Source of the DNA: Ostrea edulis
Lineage: Eukaryota
Length of the DNA: 64,000 nucleotides
Assembly: GCF_947568905.1 (NCBI RefSeq)
Contig: NC_079164.1
Span: 101,928,001 to 101,992,000, forward strand
Reading direction: 5' to 3'
How positions within the stretch are numbered: position 1 is the first letter of the stretch; each line of letters begins with the position of its first letter. Shown one piece after another: positions 59,160 to 64,000 of the stretch. The position numbers and the translations under genes are program-made. The notes beneath the pieces were generated by a model. That model did not search any database and was not told the origin of the DNA. It worked only from the letters and a program-made list of their open reading frames with translations.

Positions 59160-59777
59160 GAGGAACAAAACATTGAAATAGATCCAGATGTTGAGGGAGT
59201 TATCCATGACAGACCGTATCCCTGAAACCTAGAATCATTAAGGAACTCACACAGAATGCCTGCATCACTGAAACCTAGGACCATCAATAAACTCAGAAAG
59301 ATGGAACAGACATTGAAACCTAGGATTATCAAGAAACTGAAGGAAATGACACAGAACGCCTATATCATTACAGTGGAAACTCTGTATGGGTTAATCAGTT
59401 CAGTGGTGGTATCAGTGAGAAACAACAAGATCTGTATCTGTTTCGACCCCTCCAACTTAACAATGCTGTGAAAAGAGCTCACCATCCTATAAAAACAGTC
59501 GAGGACATTGTTTTAAACATAATCTATGCTCCAGTGTTCTCTAAGCTTGATGCTAAATCAGGCTTTCTCCAGAAAAAGCTGATGAGAAATCTTCAATACC
59601 CCCCCCCCCCCCCCCCCCCCCAGAAAGGTACAGGTGGCTACACCTTCCATTTTGCATTAAATCTGCACCGGAGTTCTTCCTGTGGATCATGGATCAGATA
59701 AAAGGTGCTGCAGCAGTCATGGATGACATAGATGAGATAGAAGTTGCTGCAGAAGTAATGGATGACATGGAGAGAAG
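59160..59777 (+). mobile_element. Decayed Ty3/Gypsy reverse transcriptase remnant (continues briefly after the hAT MITE)
   Basis: Frameshifted motifs ISSVVV..NNKICICFDP, KRAHHPIKTVEDIV, VFSKLDAKSGF, RYRWLHLPF.IKSAPE, AVMDDI. Confidence 0.8.
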
Positions 59778-60314
59778 TAGAGCTGTCACGGTTCAAAAAA
59801 TTTTCAGGTCGGGTCGGTTCTAAATTTTTTACATCGGTTTCGGGTATTTCGGTTCAGGTCTATATAACTATTTAAAAAATTTAATATACAGTTAAAATCA
59901 AAAACCTTTATTGTATTTTGTCACAATAATTACTCGGGGACGTGGACTGAGGTTTAGACTCAACATCCATGGTACTAGAAACAGCATTCTCACTTCTACT
60001 CGTTTCCATCCATGCTTTCAATGTTTTGTCATTGACGATGTTGATCCTGTGGCATATTTTCAATGCGTCTGTCATATCTTACATATACTGTCATTATTTA
60101 CAGTTTTGTCCACAATGCCATTATTTAACAATTGATCAATATATACTGCCACCTTTGAGGATTTTGACGACATAATTTCGTTTAAACGGATTTCTAATAA
60201 TGATTCTACTTTAAAAACCAAACCAAAACCAAAATACGGAAAAATGGAACCGAACCCGACCCGAACAACAAGACCCGCGGTTTTCGGTTATTTCGGGTAC
60301 CCGTTGAAGCCCTA
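59778..60314. mobile_element. hAT-type MITE inserted in the Gypsy remnant
   Basis: Perfect 8-bp TSD gagagaag (59770-59777 and 60315-60322); termini TAGAGCTGTCACGGT / ACCCGTTGAAGCCCTA; sub-terminal CCGAA/TCGGT motifs. Confidence 0.85.
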
Positions 60315-60374
60315 GAGAGAAGTAGAACAAATACTCAGAAAAGTCATAGAGGTGGAAGTCAGGAACAACAGAGT

Positions 60375-62095
60375 CACAAACCTCTGAAACCAGTAATCCT
60401 GTCATTTCTTACAGTGAAGTCATGAACCATTGAAACCAGTAATCCTGTCATTTCTTACTGTGAAGTCACGAACCACTGAAACCAGTAATCCTGTCATTTC
60501 TTACTGTGAAGTCACAAACCTCTGAAACCAGTAATCCTGTCATTTCTTACAGTGAAGTCATCAACCACTGAAACCAGTAATCCTGTCATTTCTTACAGTG
60601 AAGTCACGAACCACTGAAACCAGTAATCCTGTCATTTCTTACAGTGAAGTCATCAACCACTGAAACCAGTAAACCTGTCATTTCTTACTGTGAAGTCATG
60701 AACCAATGAAACCAGTAATCCTGTCATTTCTTACAGTGAAGTCACGAACCACTGAAACCAATAATCCTGTCATTTCTTACAGTGAAGTCATGAACCAATG
60801 AAACCAGTAATCCTGTCATTTCTTACAGTGAAGTCATGAACCAATGAAACCAGTAATCCTGTCATTTCTTACAGTGAAGTCATCAACCAATGAAACCAGT
60901 AATCCTGTCATTTCTTACAGTGAAGTCATCAACCAATGAAACCAGTAATCCTGTCATTTCTTACAGTGAAGTCACGAACAACTGAAACCAACAATCCTGT
61001 CATTTCTTACAGTGATCCTGTCATTTCTTACAGTGAAGTCATCAACCACTGAAACCAGTAATCGTGTCATTTCTTACTGTGAAGTCATGAACCACTGAAA
61101 CCAGTAATCCTGTCATTTCTTACTGTGAAGTCACGAACCACTGAAACCAGTAAACCTGTCATTTCTTACTGTGAAGTCACGAACCACTGAAACCAGTAAA
61201 CCTGTCATTTCTTACTGTGAAGTCATGAACCAATGAAACCAGTAATCCTGTCATTTCTTACTGTGAAGTCACAAACCTCTGAAACCAATAATCCTGTCAT
61301 TTCTTACAGTGAAGTCACGAACCACTGAAACCAATAATCCTGTCATTTCTTACAGTGAAGTCATGAACCACTGAAACCAGTAAACCTGTCATTTCTTACA
61401 GTGAAGTAACGAACCACTGAAACCAGTAATCTTGTCATTTCTTACAGTGAAGTCATGAATCACTGAAACCAGTAATCCTGTCATTTCTTACAGTGAAGTC
61501 ACGAACCACTGAAACCAGTAATCCTGTCATTTCTTACTGTGAAGTAACGAACCACTGAAACCAGTAAACCTGTCATTTCTTACTTTGAAGTCATGAACCA
61601 ATGAAACCAGTAAACCTGTCATTTCTTACTGTGAAGTCACGAACCACTGAAACCAGTAAACCTTTCATTTCTTACTGTGAAGTCATGAACCAATGAAACC
61701 AGTAATCCTGTCATTTCTTACAGTGAAGACACAAACCTCTGAAACCAATAACCCTGTCATTTCTTACAGTGAAGTCATGAACCAATGAAACCAGTAATCC
61801 TGTCATTTCTTATAGTGAATTCACAAACCTCTGAAACCAGTAATCCTGTCATTTCTTACAGTGAAGTCACGAATCACTGAAACCAGTAATCTTGTCATTT
61901 CTTACAGTGAAGTCATGAACCACTGAAACCAGTAATCCTGTCATTTCTTACAGTGAAGACACAAACCTCTGAAACCAGTAATCCTGTCATTTCTTATAGT
62001 GAAGTCATGAACCACTGAAACCAGTAATCCTGCCATTTCTTACAGTGAAGTCACAAACCACTGAAACAAATAATCCTGTCATTTCTTACAGTGAA
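60375..62095. repeat. 46-bp minisatellite, about 37 copies
   Basis: Unit gaaaccagtaatcctgtcatttcttacagtgaagtcacgaaccact. Confidence 0.97.
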
Positions 62096-62359
62096 TTTGG
62101 ATGTGACTCATTAGATTCTACAGGAAAGAAGTATAGTAAAGCAACTTTTAGTAGTGACAACTTTTTTGGTGAGATACAATGATGAACTGGTTTGTGATGA
62201 CTAATTTTTGTGACTGAGGTTATCTTAAACAAATACATTAAATCACAACTTTATTTCGTTAGAATCCACCATTAGAAGATGTCTCACACTACTGTTAGAG
62301 CTACTCAGAACAGGGACTAGAACCTTCAAACGCCTCCAGATCTACATGAATAGAATGGA

Positions 62360-62820
62360 TCCAGATCAGCTCTCTCCACATGTAGAGGATACCTCCATAT
62401 CAGCTATTTCCACATGGAGAGAATACCTCCAGATCAGTTATCTCCACATGGAGAGGATATCTCCACACCAGCTATCTCCACATGGAGAGGATATATCTAC
62501 ATCAGATATCTCCACATGGAGAGAATACCTGCACACCAGCTATCTCCACATGGAGAGAATACCTCCACACCAGCTATCTCCACATGGAGAGAATACTCCA
62601 CACCAGCTATCTCCACTGGAGAGAATATCTCCACACCAGCTATCTCCACATGGAGAGAATACCTCCAGATCAGCTATCTCCACATGGAGAGAATACCTTC
62701 AGATCAGTTATCTCCACATGGAGAGGATATCTCCACACCAGCTATTTCCACATGGAGAGAATACCTCCACATCAGCTATCTCCACATGGAGAGGATACCT
62801 CCAGATCAGCTATCGTCACT
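62360..62820. repeat. About 34-bp minisatellite, about 13 copies
   Basis: Unit atacctccacaccagctatctccacatggagaga. Confidence 0.93.
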
Positions 62821-63103
62821 TGGGGAGGATGGCTCAGACCAAAGGAAAGTATTTTGAAGGATTGATATGGAGATTCAAAAGGGAAATGACATTACACCTT
62901 TCAAATGACACATGTACATTCAAAGTGATATATAATTCCCATCCAATCAATGAGAAACTCTCTTATGCTACAAACTGACAAGCAAAGCATCACATTTCTG
63001 TGATGACTTACACTGTCTAATTTTACTATACTAAAAATTTTGTTATAAGTGGGGTGTATTTTTCAATGTCACAAGGTTTTACAGCAATTTGTTTCTCCAT
63101 TTT

Positions 63104-63463
63104 CAGTGTTTAAAATTGGTTTAAAACTTGGTATAGACCACTGGTCTATGCGAAAATAAGGCGACATAGACCTCATCGAATTGGCATAGACCGCAACATT
63201 GAAAAAAAAAACCCACAAATTTAAAACATTTTCATTTACTTCTAATGTACTTCGAAAGCATGTTTCTTTCCATTTCAATATCCTCCTTTCCTCATAGTGT
63301 TTATCAGACGTCGACTGACCGTGCAGTCCTTTGGGATAACTTCATTGCTTTAAATCTAGAAAATCGGCATAGACAATTTGGTCTATCTCAATTACAATTG
63401 GCATAGACCAGTGTCATTTGACATAGACAAGGTCTATCGGTCTATAGTTGATTTCGAACACTG
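63104..63463. mobile_element. Non-autonomous DNA transposon with CAGTGTT termini and a 6-bp TSD
   Basis: cagtgtttaaaatt ... atttcgaacactg; catttt duplicated on both sides; internal atagacc/ggtctat motifs. Confidence 0.65.
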
Positions 63464-64000
63464 CATTTTGTAACACAGATACCATTTGTAAATTATCATA
63501 CTTGCATTTCAAATATTCAATTTTTTTTCCAGATTCCTGAGTGTTAAGGAACAAAATTAAATGTAGGACTACATACTTACTTCAATAGTCAGTTCACAAT
63601 CACTCTACATCATTTTCTGCTGGACATCCTGCAAAAAATTAATACACATGAATTTTTTTCTCATATGTACAAGGTTATATTGTTAAACATTAGTACAATT
63701 CTGCTGTAAGGAGTATGCTCTGGCGATGTTGTGAAGAGTATGTTAGCTAGAACCCCATATGAAATTTACTGACCCCACACAGTATATCTCTACATTACTG
63801 GCACACTGCATAATGAATATATCTTCCCCACTGCTTTAAGTTACATTACACCAGAGTATCAATAACTACTTTAGCTATAGTTTTATTTTTTTTATCCTAT
63901 TTTAAACTACTGTGACTTCACACACAAGTTATGCAAGAAACTGAGTAGCTTACATGTTTCTGCTTTCAATGTATTGTCTACAATCAGTTTTTTCTAAAAT

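Noticed and set aside
59598-59620. Long poly-C runs (also near 36198-36220) as functional motifs
   Set aside because: Homopolymer lengths are unreliable in assemblies; the run here lies in a dead Gypsy fragment.
9509-62820. Tandem arrays as CRISPR arrays
   Set aside because: Units are head-to-tail with no unique spacers, there are no cas genes, and the context is spliced eukaryotic genes.
62346-62978. 210-aa ORF as a bona fide repetitive protein
   Set aside because: The 34-bp unit is not a multiple of 3, so the translation cycles through all frames, which is typical of non-coding arrays.

Overview
AT-rich eukaryotic genomic DNA with no prokaryotic features. The repeat landscape (Helentron/'pearl'-type elements with internal satellites, Meta/Deu-core SINEs) points to a bivalve mollusc, probably an oyster; that assignment is inference. 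Three spliced genes can be reconstructed with GT-AG junctions and consistent phases. (1) NIP7, minus strand, 5 exons, 180 aa, 4480..1251. (2) Head-to-head with it, a plus-strand gene (5 coding exons, about 421 aa, 4719..21102): a long low-complexity protein ending in a small vasohibin-binding protein (SVBP/CCDC23)-like domain. (3) A minus-strand four-finger C2H2 transcription factor resembling lin-29/rotund/ZNF384 (4 coding exons, about 449 aa, 50700..34575). The last exon of an unidentified plus-strand gene is at 1..429. The rest is introns and intergenic DNA holding about 20 tandem arrays, about 8 Helentron-like elements, MITEs, SINEs, an RTE LINE fragment and a Gypsy RT remnant. The most striking pattern is that several tandem arrays are amplified copies of real exon-intron junctions (NIP7 exon 4 acceptor, SVBP-like exon 2 donor, two zinc-finger gene donors), giving up to about 85 decoy splice sites next to the authentic one. 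Most long ORFs in the supplied track are artefacts of these arrays. All homology calls are from memory of the families; no searches were run.
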